Shown here piece after piece: positions 19,167 to 29,979 of a stretch of DNA of 64,000 nucleotides (positions are counted from its first letter, which is position 1; the number at the start of each line of letters is the position of its first letter). The notes beneath the pieces were generated by a model. The model made no database searches and was not told the origin of the DNA. It saw only the letters and a program-made list of their open reading frames with translations. A program made the translations under genes and the position numbers. The stretch comes from Gemmatimonadaceae bacterium (GTDB lineage Bacteria > Gemmatimonadota > Gemmatimonadetes > Gemmatimonadales > Gemmatimonadaceae): assembly GCA_051859245.1 (NCBI GenBank), contig JBHYGA010000001.1, positions 1,565,722-1,629,721 on the forward strand, in the 5' to 3' direction.

Positions 19167-20356
19167 ACACGTTAAGCTCGATCGCTGCACCGTTGTTTGT
19201 GTTCGGAATCGTGGTGTTTATCCACGAACTCGGACATTTTCTGGCTGCCAAGTCGGTTGGCGTTTACGCCCCCATTTTTTCGCTTGGATGGGGCAAGCGA
19301 CTGTTTGGCATCAAGCGCGGCGAGACCGATTATCGCATTTCGATGTTCCCGCTGGGTGGCTTTGTGCGCATGGCGTCGCGCGAAGACGAATCGATGGCGG
19401 GCATTGAAGGTGGTGGCAACATGGACGCCGACTCGGCAACGCCGGAAGTTCTCGCAGACGCTCGCAAATCAGCGGGCAAACTGTGGGATGACAACGCGAT
19501 GGTGCCGTTTGGTCCGCGCGCAGTGCCAAAGCAGCGCTGGGTCGAATCAAAGCCGATTGTGGCACGGCTGTGGATCATGTCGGCCGGTGTGATCGCCAAT
19601 ATTCTCCTGGCGATCGTAGTCTCGAGTGGAGTGTTTCTCGGTTATGGCCGCGCGTTCGTGCCGGCCGTTGTTGATTCCGTTGTCGTTGGTGGTCCGGCGG
19701 AAGCGGCGGGTGTACTGGCGGGCGATTCCATTGTCAGTGTGAACGGCGCCGCGATTCGCGGCTGGAGCGATGTGCTTGACCGTGTCACGCCGGTCACGAG
19801 CGGCACGCTCACGGTCGAAGTGGCGCGCGCGTCGCAGCGGCAAACGCTCACGATTGCGCCCACCACGGGCGACGGCATCAATCCCGCAACCGGCGTATCC
19901 CGAAAAGTCGGGCGCATCGGGATCGCGGTGCGTAACGATGTGCAGTACGAAAAACTCGGCGTGGGTGAGGCGCTTGGTGCCGGCCTAGAAACCACGTGGA
20001 TGATGGCTGGTCGCGTGGTGGAGGTGCTGAAGGGGCTGATCTCGCGCGATGTACCGATGAGCAATCTTGGCGGTCCGATTGAGATCGCGCGCACGTCGGT
20101 GGCGGCGGCGAGCGGTGGCGCCGAAATGTTGTGGTCGCTGATTGCGTTTCTCAGTTTGAATATCGCGATTGTGAATCTGATTCCGATTCCGGTGCTCGAT
20201 GGCGGACAAATGCTGATCACCATTGCGGAAGGCATCAAGGGACGGGCACTCAACGTGAACACACGTGAATGGCTTGCCCGCGCTGGCGTGCTGTTCGTGC
20301 TCGGCTTGATTGTGCTCGTCACGTTCAACGATGTGAAACGGCTTATCACGCAGTGA
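19160..20356 (+). CDS. rseP: RIP metalloprotease RseP (M50, PDZ)
   Basis: IHELGHF, NLIPIPVLDGG, PDZ domain; canonical position after dxr. Confidence 0.93.
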   Translation: MLNTLSSIAAPLFVFGIVVFIHELGHFLAAKSVGVYAPIFSLGWGKRLFGIKRGETDYRISMFPLGGFVRMASREDESMAGIEGGGNMDADSATPEVLADARKSAGKLWDDNAMVPFGPRAVPKQRWVESKPIVARLWIMSAGVIANILLAIVVSSGVFLGYGRAFVPAVVDSVVVGGPAEAAGVLAGDSIVSVNGAAIRGWSDVLDRVTPVTSGTLTVEVARASQRQTLTIAPTTGDGINPATGVSRKVGRIGIAVRNDVQYEKLGVGEALGAGLETTWMMAGRVVEVLKGLISRDVPMSNLGGPIEIARTSVAAASGGAEMLWSLIAFLSLNIAIVNLIPIPVLDGGQMLITIAEGIKGRALNVNTREWLARAGVLFVLGLIVLVTFNDVKRLITQ

Positions 20357-20412
20357 CGCTTCGTGCCGGTTCCGTGCGTGTGCACCCGCGTAAAGTGAGC
20401 CAGCTATTGAGC

Positions 20413-20844
20413 GTGCAACGATCCATTGGTGGTCTCGTGCTGGTTCTCGCGCTGTCGGCGTGCGCGCCGCTGCGCGGCGGAAGCGCTGGTGTGCAAACGG
20501 AAACCATCGCGCGATTCCCGCGCGATGCCGCGCGATTTGCCATCGAGCCGCTCACCGACAGCACGTTTGCGTTCACACCCGAAGAAGCAAAATGGGTGGT
20601 GCCCGGCATGACCGGGATCGCAGTTGATCCTGGCCGCGGCGATGCGCTCGTAGCGAGGGTGCGCGTCGTGAGCGTGGACAGCGTGCAGGCAAACGCGTTC
20701 GTAACGGGCCAGACCACTCGCGTTGCCAGTGGGCAGGTGTTGTTGCTTGTGCCACCAAAGCGCTCGTGGTGGAAGCAGCGCATCTTCTGGCTCGGCGCAG
20801 TGGGCGGTGCAGCGTTGAGCAGTGCGGCCTTTGCGTGGCTCTAA
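20413..20844 (+). CDS. Hypothetical lipoprotein with C-terminal hydrophobic helix
   Basis: Lipobox LALSAC; C-terminal WWKQRIFWLGAVGGAALSSAAFAWL. Start uncertain (20353-20413). Confidence 0.65.
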   Translation: MQRSIGGLVLVLALSACAPLRGGSAGVQTETIARFPRDAARFAIEPLTDSTFAFTPEEAKWVVPGMTGIAVDPGRGDALVARVRVVSVDSVQANAFVTGQTTRVASGQVLLLVPPKRSWWKQRIFWLGAVGGAALSSAAFAWL

Positions 20845-20851
20845 CGTCGCA

Positions 20852-22480
20852 CTAACTGCACACTAGCACGAACCGCACCGTATCGCTGCCGGCACGTAGC
20901 GTATCAACGGCGTTGAACTCTACACAGCGCGGCGCAGATGCTCGAATGCGCCACTCCCCCGAGCGTACCGTCGCCGGCGAAATGCTTGACGCCGTTCCTT
21001 GTGTCACAGGGCGTCCGTTCCAGTCGAGCAAGGCAACAACGGCATCTCGAGGCTGTACGTCGAGTGTGACCCGCGTGCAGCGCGCCAGTTCAACACTGTG
21101 TCGCCGTCGCTCACCGGACGCGAGCGTGACCGTGTCGATCTGCTCACTGTAGGGACAGTCTGTCACGCCGGGTCCGCTCACCAGCGACGAGGCAATGATA
21201 TAGCGGCCCGGCTTCAGCTTGTCCCCGTTCCACGGCGCGAACGCCGTCGAACTCCCGTTCACTGAAATCGCAGTTGAATCGCTGTTGGAGCTCACGCTCA
21301 ACTGCGCGAGGCGAACCACGGGCTTCGCGGCGGGCTTGCCGGTATCGGTGACCACCACTGCGGAATCCGGCGTTGCGTTGGAGTCGGCGGGCTGCGAGTC
21401 CACGATTGGCGGCACAATCGCCACCGTGGATGTATCGCGCAGCGAGTCGCCGGCCGGCGTTGCGCCAGTCAGTCTCCCCCACGCGGTGCTCACGGCGGGC
21501 TGATCCCGAAGCGCCCAGAGCGCGGCCGTCCCAATAGCCAGTGCGGCGAACACGCCAAGTATGGCGCGCTGGCGCCCGCGCGTGCCGCCGGTAATCGTGT
21601 GCACGGTGGTCGTGCCGCCCGGCGTGATCGCCAGGCGAGACCCTGTGGACGGCGCGGACGGCAGGCGCGACAGCGCGTCAGAAAGTGCTGTGGCCGTCGG
21701 GAAGCGGTCCTCCGGCTTCTTGGCCATGAGCTTGAGGAGAATGGCCTCAAACGCCCCCGAAATGGCCGGGACGTGCTTCCTGGGCGGCTTGGGAGCCACG
21801 TCGACATGCTGCCTGGCCACCACGTACCAGTCGTCGCCCTCAAAGGGCAACTTTCCAGTGGCCGCGCGATAGAGCGTCACGCCCAGCGCGTACAGGTCAC
21901 TGCGGCCGTCCAGCGGGTCGCCTTTGGCCTGTTCCGGGCTGAAGTAGTGCGGCGTGCCCAGCACCTGATTGGTGGCGCTCAGATCAGCCCCGCTGCTCAG
22001 CGCGCGCGCGAGGCCGAAATCGCACACAATGGCTTCGCCAGTGGTGCCGATCAGGATGTTGTCGGGCTTGATGTCGCGATGAATGACATTATCGGCGTGG
22101 GCCACGGCGAGCGCGGCGGCCACATCAAGCCCCACACGCACTACATCCGTCTCCGGGAGGTAGGGCATGACCTGCAGGCGACGCGCCAGGTTGAGCGGCA
22201 CCAGATCCATGGCCACCCAGGTAATGCCGTCGGTTCGTCCCACATCACGCACCGTGATGATGTTCGGATGACGGAGCCGCGCGGCCGTGGTCGCCTCCCG
22301 CCGGAACCTCGCCTCGGCGACCTCGTTTCCGGTGTGCTCAGGGCGCAACACCTTGACCGCCACCGGAATCTCCAGCTCTGTATCCACCGCCTCGTAGACC
22401 CACGCGTACGCACCCGTGCCGAGCAGGCGCGTCAGGCGGTATCGTCCGCCAAGGGTCTGTCCGAGGTAGCGCTCTGGCAC
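20852..22480 (-). CDS. Membrane-anchored Hanks-type Ser/Thr protein kinase
   Basis: LGTGAYAWV, VAVKVL, HRDIKPDN, DFG, GTPHYFSPE; one TM helix, then an extracytoplasmic beta-rich (PEGA-like) region. Confidence 0.93.
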   Translation of the reverse strand: MPERYLGQTLGGRYRLTRLLGTGAYAWVYEAVDTELEIPVAVKVLRPEHTGNEVAEARFRREATTAARLRHPNIITVRDVGRTDGITWVAMDLVPLNLARRLQVMPYLPETDVVRVGLDVAAALAVAHADNVIHRDIKPDNILIGTTGEAIVCDFGLARALSSGADLSATNQVLGTPHYFSPEQAKGDPLDGRSDLYALGVTLYRAATGKLPFEGDDWYVVARQHVDVAPKPPRKHVPAISGAFEAILLKLMAKKPEDRFPTATALSDALSRLPSAPSTGSRLAITPGGTTTVHTITGGTRGRQRAILGVFAALAIGTAALWALRDQPAVSTAWGRLTGATPAGDSLRDTSTVAIVPPIVDSQPADSNATPDSAVVVTDTGKPAAKPVVRLAQLSVSSNSDSTAISVNGSSTAFAPWNGDKLKPGRYIIASSLVSGPGVTDCPYSEQIDTVTLASGERRRHSVELARCTRVTLDVQPRDAVVALLDWNGRPVTQGTASSISPATVRSGEWRIRASAPRCVEFNAVDTLRAGSDTVRFVLVCS

Positions 22481-22520
22481 GTGGGGTTGGGCAGACGCGG
22501 GAGGAGGGATCCGGAGGTCC

Positions 22521-22549
22521 TTTACAGGCCGGAATATACGGGTTAACGT
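22521..22549 (+). promoter_or_regulatory. Sigma-70-type promoter of rpsO
   Basis: TTTACA-17 bp-TAACGT. Confidence 0.5.
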
Positions 22550-22660
22550 ATTAGGCTAACATCACTTGCGGTACCGCACGAGGTACCGCGCCCCAGGCAC
22601 CGCTTCCGGCATGGCCCCAACATGGGCGCTGAGCCAGCTAGCGTGGAGAATATTACGACG

Positions 22661-22921
22661 ATGGCGTTCGACAAGGCACCCACGATTGAGAAGTACCGCA
22701 CGCATGGTGAAGATACCGGCTCTGCCCGCGTACAGGTTGCGGTTCTGACGGAACGGATCAACTACCTCACGTCGCACTTTCGCGCGCATCACAAAGACCA
22801 TCACAGCCGGCGCGGCCTGCTGAAAATGGTCGGCAAGCGTCGCCGCCTTCTCGACTATCTCAAGCGTACCAACGTCGAAGGATATCGCTCACTGGTGCAG
22901 GAACTCGGCCTCCGCTACTGA
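22661..22921 (+). CDS. rpsO: 30S ribosomal protein S15
   Basis: [16 protein letters not shown]...[30 protein letters not shown]. Confidence 0.98.
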   Translation: MAFDKAPTIEKYRTHGEDTGSARVQVAVLTERINYLTSHFRAHHKDHHSRRGLLKMVGKRRRLLDYLKRTNVEGYRSLVQELGLRY

Positions 22922-22938
22922 GGTCGTTCGCAGGACCG

Positions 22939-22977
22939 ATCGCGCGGGGGCATGCTGCCACCCGCGCGATTTCTTTT
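22939..22977 (+). terminator. Terminator/attenuator between rpsO and pnp
   Basis: Stem ATCGCGCGGG.../...CCCGCGCGAT followed by TTCTTTT. Confidence 0.7.
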
Positions 22978-23009
22978 CTGGCAGCAAGCAACCACAAAGC
23001 AACCACGCA

Positions 23010-25214
23010 ATGATGCAAAGAATCGAGCGGACCTTCGCAGGCCGCCAGCTCGTCATCGAGACGGGCCGTATGGCCAAGCAGGCAGCAGGGTCTGCGCTGG
23101 TGCAGTTCGGCGACACAGTCGTCCTCGCCGCTGTCACCGTCAGTGACAACGAAAGCCATCTCCCGTTCTTCCCGCTCACGGTCGAATACAAAGAGCGCAC
23201 CTACGCTGCGGGCAAGTTCCCCGGCGGCTTCATCAAGCGCGAAGGCCGTCCGCACGATCACGAGATTCTCGCGTGCCGCATTATCGACCGTTCCATCCGT
23301 CCACTGTTTCCTGAAGGCTTCAAGAATGAAGTCCAGGTATTCGTGTATGTGATCTCGGCCGATCAGGAAAACGACGCTGATGTGCTCGCGTTGCTCGCCA
23401 CGTCGTTCGCGCTCAACGCGTCCAAGATTCCGTTCAAGGAGCCGATTGGCGGTGTACGTATCGGTCGCGTGCAGGGACACTGGGTGCTCAACCCCACGTT
23501 CCAGCAGCGCGAATTCTCTGATATGGAGCTCGTGGTCGCCGGTTCGGAGAAGTCAATCGTGATGGTGGAAGGTGGTGCGCTTGAGGTGTCGGAAGCCGAC
23601 GTGCTCGAAGCGCTGACCATTTCACACACGGGCATCAACGAACTCATCAGCATGCAGCATGAGCTGCTGAAGAAAGTGCAGCAGCCCACGATGACGTGGC
23701 ACAAGGCGGAAGCACCGGAAGGTGTGGCCGTGCGCGTGAAGGAGCTGGCCGAAGGTCAGATCGCGGCCGCCATCAACCAGAAGGACAAGCACACGCGCGT
23801 TGAAGCGGTTGAGCGTGTGAAAAAGGAACTCGCAGAAGGATTGCTCGCCGAGTTCCCGGATAACGCGAAAGACATTCACACGTTGCTCGGCGACGTGGAG
23901 TACTACGCGCTGCGTAATCAGGTGCTCGACACCAAGAAGCGTGTGGACGGTCGTAAGGCCGACGAGATTCGCGACATCTCGGTTGACACGAAAGTGTTGC
24001 CGCGTACGCATGGCTCGGCGCTCTTCACGCGTGGACAGACGCAGGCGCTCGTTGTGGCCACGCTTGGTACACAGGCCGACGCACAGCGCATGGATTCCGT
24101 GAACGAGTCCAAGGAAACGCTCAAGACGTTCATGCTGCACTACAACTTCCCGCCGTTCTCCACGGGTGAAGTGCGTCCGATGCGTGGCACCAGCCGCCGC
24201 GAAATTGGTCACGGTAACCTGGCCGAGCGCGCACTGCAGGCCGTATTGCCAGCGTTTGAAGACTTCCCGTACACGATTCGTATTGTCTCCGACGTGCTCG
24301 AGTCAAACGGTTCGTCTTCCATGGCGTCTGTTTGCGGCGGATCGCTCGCGATGTTCGACGCGGGTGTGCCGCTCAAGGCCGCTGTCGCCGGCGTTGCGAT
24401 GGGCCTGATCTCCGACGGCAAGCGTTACGCGATCCTCACCGACATCCTCGGCACCGAAGATCATCTCGGCGACATGGACTTCAAGGTGGCTGGCACGCGT
24501 GATGGTATCACGTCGATCCAGATGGACATCAAGATCGAGGGGCTCGACCTCAAGATCATGGAAGAAGCACTGGAGCAGGCGCGCGTTGGTCGTTTGCACA
24601 TTCTTGGCGAAATGGACAAGGCGTTGGCCGGTCCGCGCGAAGAGTTGTCGGCCTACGCACCGCGCATTGTCACGATGAAGATCCCAACCGACAAGATCGG
24701 CGATCTCATTGGCCCGAAGGGCAAGACGATCCGTGGTATTCAGGACGAAACTGGCGCCACGCTCAGCGTGGAAGACGACGGAACGGTGACGATCGCCGCC
24801 GTTGGTGGCGAGTCGATGGAGCGCGCGCGTCAGATGATCGCGTCGCTCACCGCCGAACCGGTGGTTGGTGACATTTACGAAGGTGTGGTCAAGAGCACCA
24901 CGGCGTTCGGCGCGTTTGTTGAAATCATGCCGGGCACCGAAGCGCTGTTGCACATCTCCGAGCTCAAGCACGAGCGCGTCGCGAACACGGAAGACGTTGT
25001 GAAGAAGGGTGACGTCGTGCGTGTGAAGCTTGTCGATCGTGATGAGCGTGGACGCTTGCGTCTCTCCATGAAGGCGTTGGAGCCGCGTCCAGAGGGCATG
25101 CCGGAGCCTGATCCGTCGGAAGCGCGCGAGTCGCGTCCGCCGCGTGAAGGAGGAGATCGTGATCGCGGTGGTCGCAGTGGCGGCGGCGGCGGTCGCGGAC
25201 GGGAGCGGCGCTGA
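23010..25214 (+). CDS. pnp: Polyribonucleotide nucleotidyltransferase (PNPase)
   Basis: GGFIKREGRP, SRREIGHG, ESNGSSSMASVC, TDILGTEDHLGDMDFK; KH and S1 domains. Confidence 0.98.
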   Translation: MMQRIERTFAGRQLVIETGRMAKQAAGSALVQFGDTVVLAAVTVSDNESHLPFFPLTVEYKERTYAAGKFPGGFIKREGRPHDHEILACRIIDRSIRPLFPEGFKNEVQVFVYVISADQENDADVLALLATSFALNASKIPFKEPIGGVRIGRVQGHWVLNPTFQQREFSDMELVVAGSEKSIVMVEGGALEVSEADVLEALTISHTGINELISMQHELLKKVQQPTMTWHKAEAPEGVAVRVKELAEGQIAAAINQKDKHTRVEAVERVKKELAEGLLAEFPDNAKDIHTLLGDVEYYALRNQVLDTKKRVDGRKADEIRDISVDTKVLPRTHGSALFTRGQTQALVVATLGTQADAQRMDSVNESKETLKTFMLHYNFPPFSTGEVRPMRGTSRREIGHGNLAERALQAVLPAFEDFPYTIRIVSDVLESNGSSSMASVCGGSLAMFDAGVPLKAAVAGVAMGLISDGKRYAILTDILGTEDHLGDMDFKVAGTRDGITSIQMDIKIEGLDLKIMEEALEQARVGRLHILGEMDKALAGPREELSAYAPRIVTMKIPTDKIGDLIGPKGKTIRGIQDETGATLSVEDDGTVTIAAVGGESMERARQMIASLTAEPVVGDIYEGVVKSTTAFGAFVEIMPGTEALLHISELKHERVANTEDVVKKGDVVRVKLVDRDERGRLRLSMKALEPRPEGMPEPDPSEARESRPPREGGDRDRGGRSGGGGGRGRERR

Positions 25215-25240
25215 GTACGCGCGCACTGCTCGCGTCTTCC

Positions 25241-26527
25241 GTGCTTGACCAGGTAAACCGGCCGGTGTCTTTCGAGACACCGGCCGGTGTGCGTCGTACG
25301 GATTGCGCGAATGGGCTCACGGTGTTGTCGGAATTTGTGCCGGGACGTCGCACGGTCGCCTTCGGCGCGTGGGTTCGCTATGGCACGTTGCAGGAACCGG
25401 CGGAGCAAATGGGACTCGCGCACCTGCTCGAACACATGGTGTTCAAGGGCACGGCGCGCCGTTCAGCCAAAGAGATCGCGTTGTCACTCGAGTCACTCGG
25501 TGGATCACTTGATGCGTACACCGAGCGCGAGTTCACGTCGTATCAGGCGCGTGTGCTTGATCGACACCTGTCCACCGCGGTGGATGTCATTGGCGATCTG
25601 ATTTTCAATTCACGCTTGAGCAGCGAAGATCTCGCGCTTGAGCGCCAGGTGATTCTCGAAGAGATCGCCATGGTTGAAGACACGCCCGATGATGTGGTGT
25701 TTGATTTGCACAACGAAGCGTTGTGGGGCACGCATCCGCACGGCTTTCGTATTCTTGGCACGCGTGACACGGTGCAGGCGCTCACGGCCGATCATTTGCA
25801 GGCGTTGCGCGCGTCGCACTATCGACCGGCCGGATTGGTTGTTGCGGCGGCGGGTAATGTGACGCATGAAGAGTTGCTCGATGTGCTCGGCGCGCACGGT
25901 TGGCTTGATCAGGCGGCGGTTGATGTACCGCCGCGTGATGTGCCAGTTGCCATACCGCATTACGGCGTACAGCGTCATCACGCGCGCAAGGATGTGTCGC
26001 AGGTGCATCTCGTGCTCGGAAGCGACGGGCCGCGGCACGGTGAACCGCGCCGGTATGCGTTTGAGCTCACCAGCACATTGCTTGGCGGCGGCATGAGCAG
26101 CCGCTTGTTTCAGCGTGTGCGTGAAGAGCTTGGGCTGGCGTACAGCGTGTATCACTTTCACTCGCCGTACTTTGACGTTGGGCACCACGGCGTGTACCTC
26201 GCCAGCGCGCCTGGCACGGCGCAGAAGGCGCTGGATGCCGTGCGCGAGATCATGAGTGATGTCGCGGCCAACGGCTTACCCGAAGACGAGATCGCCGCGG
26301 GACGTCAGCAGCTGGCGGGTCAGCTGGTGATGTCACTCGAGAGCGTGAGTGCGCGGATGTATCGCGCGGCCACGTCGGCGCTGTATCATGAACCACTGCG
26401 AACCGTCGACCAGATGCTGGCCGACGTGGACGCGATTGATGTTGCCTCGGTGGCCGAGGTGGCACGTGAGTATTTTGATCCAGCACGTATGACGCTGGTC
26501 AGTCACGGCCCCAAAGCCGTTCGCTGA
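25241..26527 (+). CDS. M16 (pitrilysin-family) zinc peptidase
   Basis: AHLLEHMVFKGT (HxxEH); LGGGMSSRLFQRVREELGLAYSV. Confidence 0.92.
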   Translation: MLDQVNRPVSFETPAGVRRTDCANGLTVLSEFVPGRRTVAFGAWVRYGTLQEPAEQMGLAHLLEHMVFKGTARRSAKEIALSLESLGGSLDAYTEREFTSYQARVLDRHLSTAVDVIGDLIFNSRLSSEDLALERQVILEEIAMVEDTPDDVVFDLHNEALWGTHPHGFRILGTRDTVQALTADHLQALRASHYRPAGLVVAAAGNVTHEELLDVLGAHGWLDQAAVDVPPRDVPVAIPHYGVQRHHARKDVSQVHLVLGSDGPRHGEPRRYAFELTSTLLGGGMSSRLFQRVREELGLAYSVYHFHSPYFDVGHHGVYLASAPGTAQKALDAVREIMSDVAANGLPEDEIAAGRQQLAGQLVMSLESVSARMYRAATSALYHEPLRTVDQMLADVDAIDVASVAEVAREYFDPARMTLVSHGPKAVR

Positions 26528-26557
26528 CCATACACTCCCCTTTTGAAACTGACTGCC

Positions 26558-27673
<1,116 letters not shown>

Positions 27674-27695
27674 GCAGGCTTTTCGCGTTCGATTC

Positions 27696-27729
27696 CGGGA
27701 TGGCGGCTTTCGTGGCCGCCATCCCGTTT
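27696..27729 (+). terminator. Intrinsic terminator after ald
   Basis: Stem CGGGATGGCGGC / GCCGCCATCCCG followed by TTT. Confidence 0.7.
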
Positions 27730-27769
27730 GCGTATAGGACCCGTTCGCAGCAAAGCCAGGCGCATCAGG

Positions 27770-27798
27770 TTGCTCCTTGATAGCTAAATAGCTATCTT
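27770..27798 (+). promoter_or_regulatory. Promoter with overlapping palindromic operator
   Basis: TTGCTC-17 bp-TATCTT; perfect inverted repeat GATAGCTA-AA-TAGCTATC at 27779-27796; ATG follows the -10 by 6 nt. Confidence 0.7.
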
Positions 27799-27804
27799 TA
27801 GCAG

Positions 27805-28125
27805 ATGCCCACGACTGCTGCATCCCTGCTGCTCACGGCGAGACAACGCGCCGGGCTGTCCCAGCGAGTGCTGGCCGAACGCGCGAGCACGAGTCAGTCT
27901 GTGGTGGCGCGTATCGAGTTGGGTGAGACCTCGCCCTCGTGGGATACGCTGGAACGGCTGCTCGCCGCCGCCGGCTTCCAGCTGGACGTGAGTCTGTCGC
28001 TGCGGCCCGTGCGCGGTTCACACATGCTCGCTGACGTTGCGCGGATACTGAGCCTGACACCGGCTGAGCGGCTGCGTGAGGTGGCGAACGCGAGTCGGTT
28101 TGCCACGGTGACCAAACGTGCGTAA
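27805..28125 (+). CDS. XRE-family HTH protein, putative antitoxin
   Basis: ARQRAGLSQRVLAERASTSQSVVARIELGETSP; short C-terminal LSLTPAERL helix. Confidence 0.85.
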   Translation: MPTTAASLLLTARQRAGLSQRVLAERASTSQSVVARIELGETSPSWDTLERLLAAAGFQLDVSLSLRPVRGSHMLADVARILSLTPAERLREVANASRFATVTKRA

Positions 28126-28609
28126 GGCCTCTGTGTTTGATCCGGAGCGCATTTTTGAAGTGCTCGGCAAACATCATGTGTCCTTTGTGCTCGTCGGCGC
28201 GCTCGCCGCACGACTACACGGATTCCCGCGGTTTACGGCAGACGCCGATATCACGCCGGAATCGTCACCTGAAAATATCGAGCGTCTCGCAGCGGCGTTA
28301 CGCGAACTCAACGCGCGGGTGTTCACGGATGCTGTTCCGGAAGGGCTGGCGTTCGATTGTTCGCCTGCGATGTTGTCGCGCAGCTTGCTCTGGAATTTGG
28401 TCACGGATGCAGGTCGCGTCGATCTCGTCTTCAAGCCCGCAGGCTCTAAAGGCTTCGATGAGTTGCGCGCGCACGCGGTCGCGTTTGATATCAATGGCAC
28501 ACCGCTGTACGCGGCGACATTGCGCGACATCCTGCGGCTAAAGCAGGCCTCTGATCGTCCGCAGGATCGACAGGACGTAATTGTCATTCGCGAGATGTTG
28601 GGGGAATAG
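28118..28609 (+). CDS. Small nucleotidyltransferase-fold protein, putative toxin
   Basis: VGALAARLHG...TADADIT (G-A/G...DxD), later VDLV and LKQASDRPQDRQD; 8-bp overlap with the HTH gene. Confidence 0.75.
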   Translation: MRKASVFDPERIFEVLGKHHVSFVLVGALAARLHGFPRFTADADITPESSPENIERLAAALRELNARVFTDAVPEGLAFDCSPAMLSRSLLWNLVTDAGRVDLVFKPAGSKGFDELRAHAVAFDINGTPLYAATLRDILRLKQASDRPQDRQDVIVIREMLGE

Positions 28610-28745
28610 CATCATGGCGGTGATGCGTCGGAAAACGAGGCGCTAGCGCATCGCCCCCGGGGGCGGGGTACGGTCCGAATCAGGGCCCTCGGTGGGACGA
28701 TCCGTGTACAGGATCCGGTGTGCTAGATCACTGTCCCACAATCGC

Positions 28746-28774
28746 TTGTGCCCTTTTGGGTCAACCGATAGCTT
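28746..28774 (+). promoter_or_regulatory. Sigma-70-type promoter of the mre operon
   Basis: TTGTGC-17 bp-TAGCTT about 160 bp upstream of mreB. Confidence 0.5.
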
Positions 28775-28935
28775 AAGTTCAATATCTGTCCCGTGGTGCG
28801 GTGCGCGCGTGGGCGGTTCGTTGGTGCCGGCCTCTCCCTTTTGGGGGAGAGCACGGTCCAGTGGGTCGCCCCGTGGTGTTTTGTGCCCCGGTCAATCATC
28901 GCGTATCCGCGCTCACGCGCTACCCTGGTACCTGG

Positions 28936-29970
28936 ATGTTCTGGCCCTTCAAAAAAGCGTCGCTGTTCCCGGCAAACGCCATTGCCGTTGACCTTGGTAC
29001 CGCGAACACGCTCATCTACGTGAAGGGCGAGGGCATCGTGCTGAACGAGCCCTCCGTGGTCGCGCTGGATCGCGAAACGAAAAAGATCAAAGGCGTTGGA
29101 CTCGAAGCCAAGCGCATGCTCGGACGCACGCCCGATGGCATCATGGCGGTGCGTCCCATGAAAGACGGCGTGATCGCCGACTTTGATGTGACCGAAAAAA
29201 TGCTGCGCTATTTTCTCACGCTCGTGATCGACAAGCACGTCTTCAAAGTGAAGCCGCGTGTGATTGTGTGCGTGCCGTCCGGCATTACCGAAGTGGAAAA
29301 ACGCGCCGTGCGCGACTCCGCGCTCGGTGCGGGCGCGAAGGAAGTGTTCATGGTGACCGAGCCCATGGCCGCCGCAATTGGTGTCGGCCTGCCGGTTGAC
29401 TCACCAACGGGCAACATGGTGATCGACATTGGCGGTGGCACCACCGAAATCGCCGTGATCGCGCTCAGCGGTATTGTGAGCGACACATCCATTCGCACCG
29501 GCGGCGATGAGCTCGACATGAGCATCGTGCAGTTCATGCGCAAGAATTACAATCTGCTCATTGGTGAACCCACCGCCGAGCAGGTGAAGATTCAGATTGG
29601 GTCGGCGTATCCGGTTGGTGAAGAGCGCGAGATGGAAGTGAAGGGACGTGATCTCGTGTCGGGTATTCCGAAAACAGTGCGAGTGCATTCCAGCGAGATT
29701 CGCGAAGCGGTGCAGGAACCGATTCAGCAGATCGTTGACGCGGTGCGGCGTGCGCTCGAAATCACGCCGCCTGAACTTGCGTCTGATATTGTGGACCGCG
29801 GCATTGTGATGACCGGTGGTGGCGCGCTGATTCGCGGTCTTGATGTCTTGCTCAGTCAGGAAACCGGATTGCCGATCCACGTTGACGAGGATCCGCTCAC
29901 CTGTGTCGTGCGTGGCACAGGCAAGATTCTCGACGACGAAGAGAAGTACTGGTCGGTTCTCACGACCTGA
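28936..29970 (+). CDS. mreB: Rod shape-determining actin homolog MreB
   Basis: [31 protein letters not shown]. Confidence 0.98.
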   Translation: MFWPFKKASLFPANAIAVDLGTANTLIYVKGEGIVLNEPSVVALDRETKKIKGVGLEAKRMLGRTPDGIMAVRPMKDGVIADFDVTEKMLRYFLTLVIDKHVFKVKPRVIVCVPSGITEVEKRAVRDSALGAGAKEVFMVTEPMAAAIGVGLPVDSPTGNMVIDIGGGTTEIAVIALSGIVSDTSIRTGGDELDMSIVQFMRKNYNLLIGEPTAEQVKIQIGSAYPVGEEREMEVKGRDLVSGIPKTVRVHSSEIREAVQEPIQQIVDAVRRALEITPPELASDIVDRGIVMTGGGALIRGLDVLLSQETGLPIHVDEDPLTCVVRGTGKILDDEEKYWSVLTT

Positions 29971-29979
29971 TCGCGCGCC

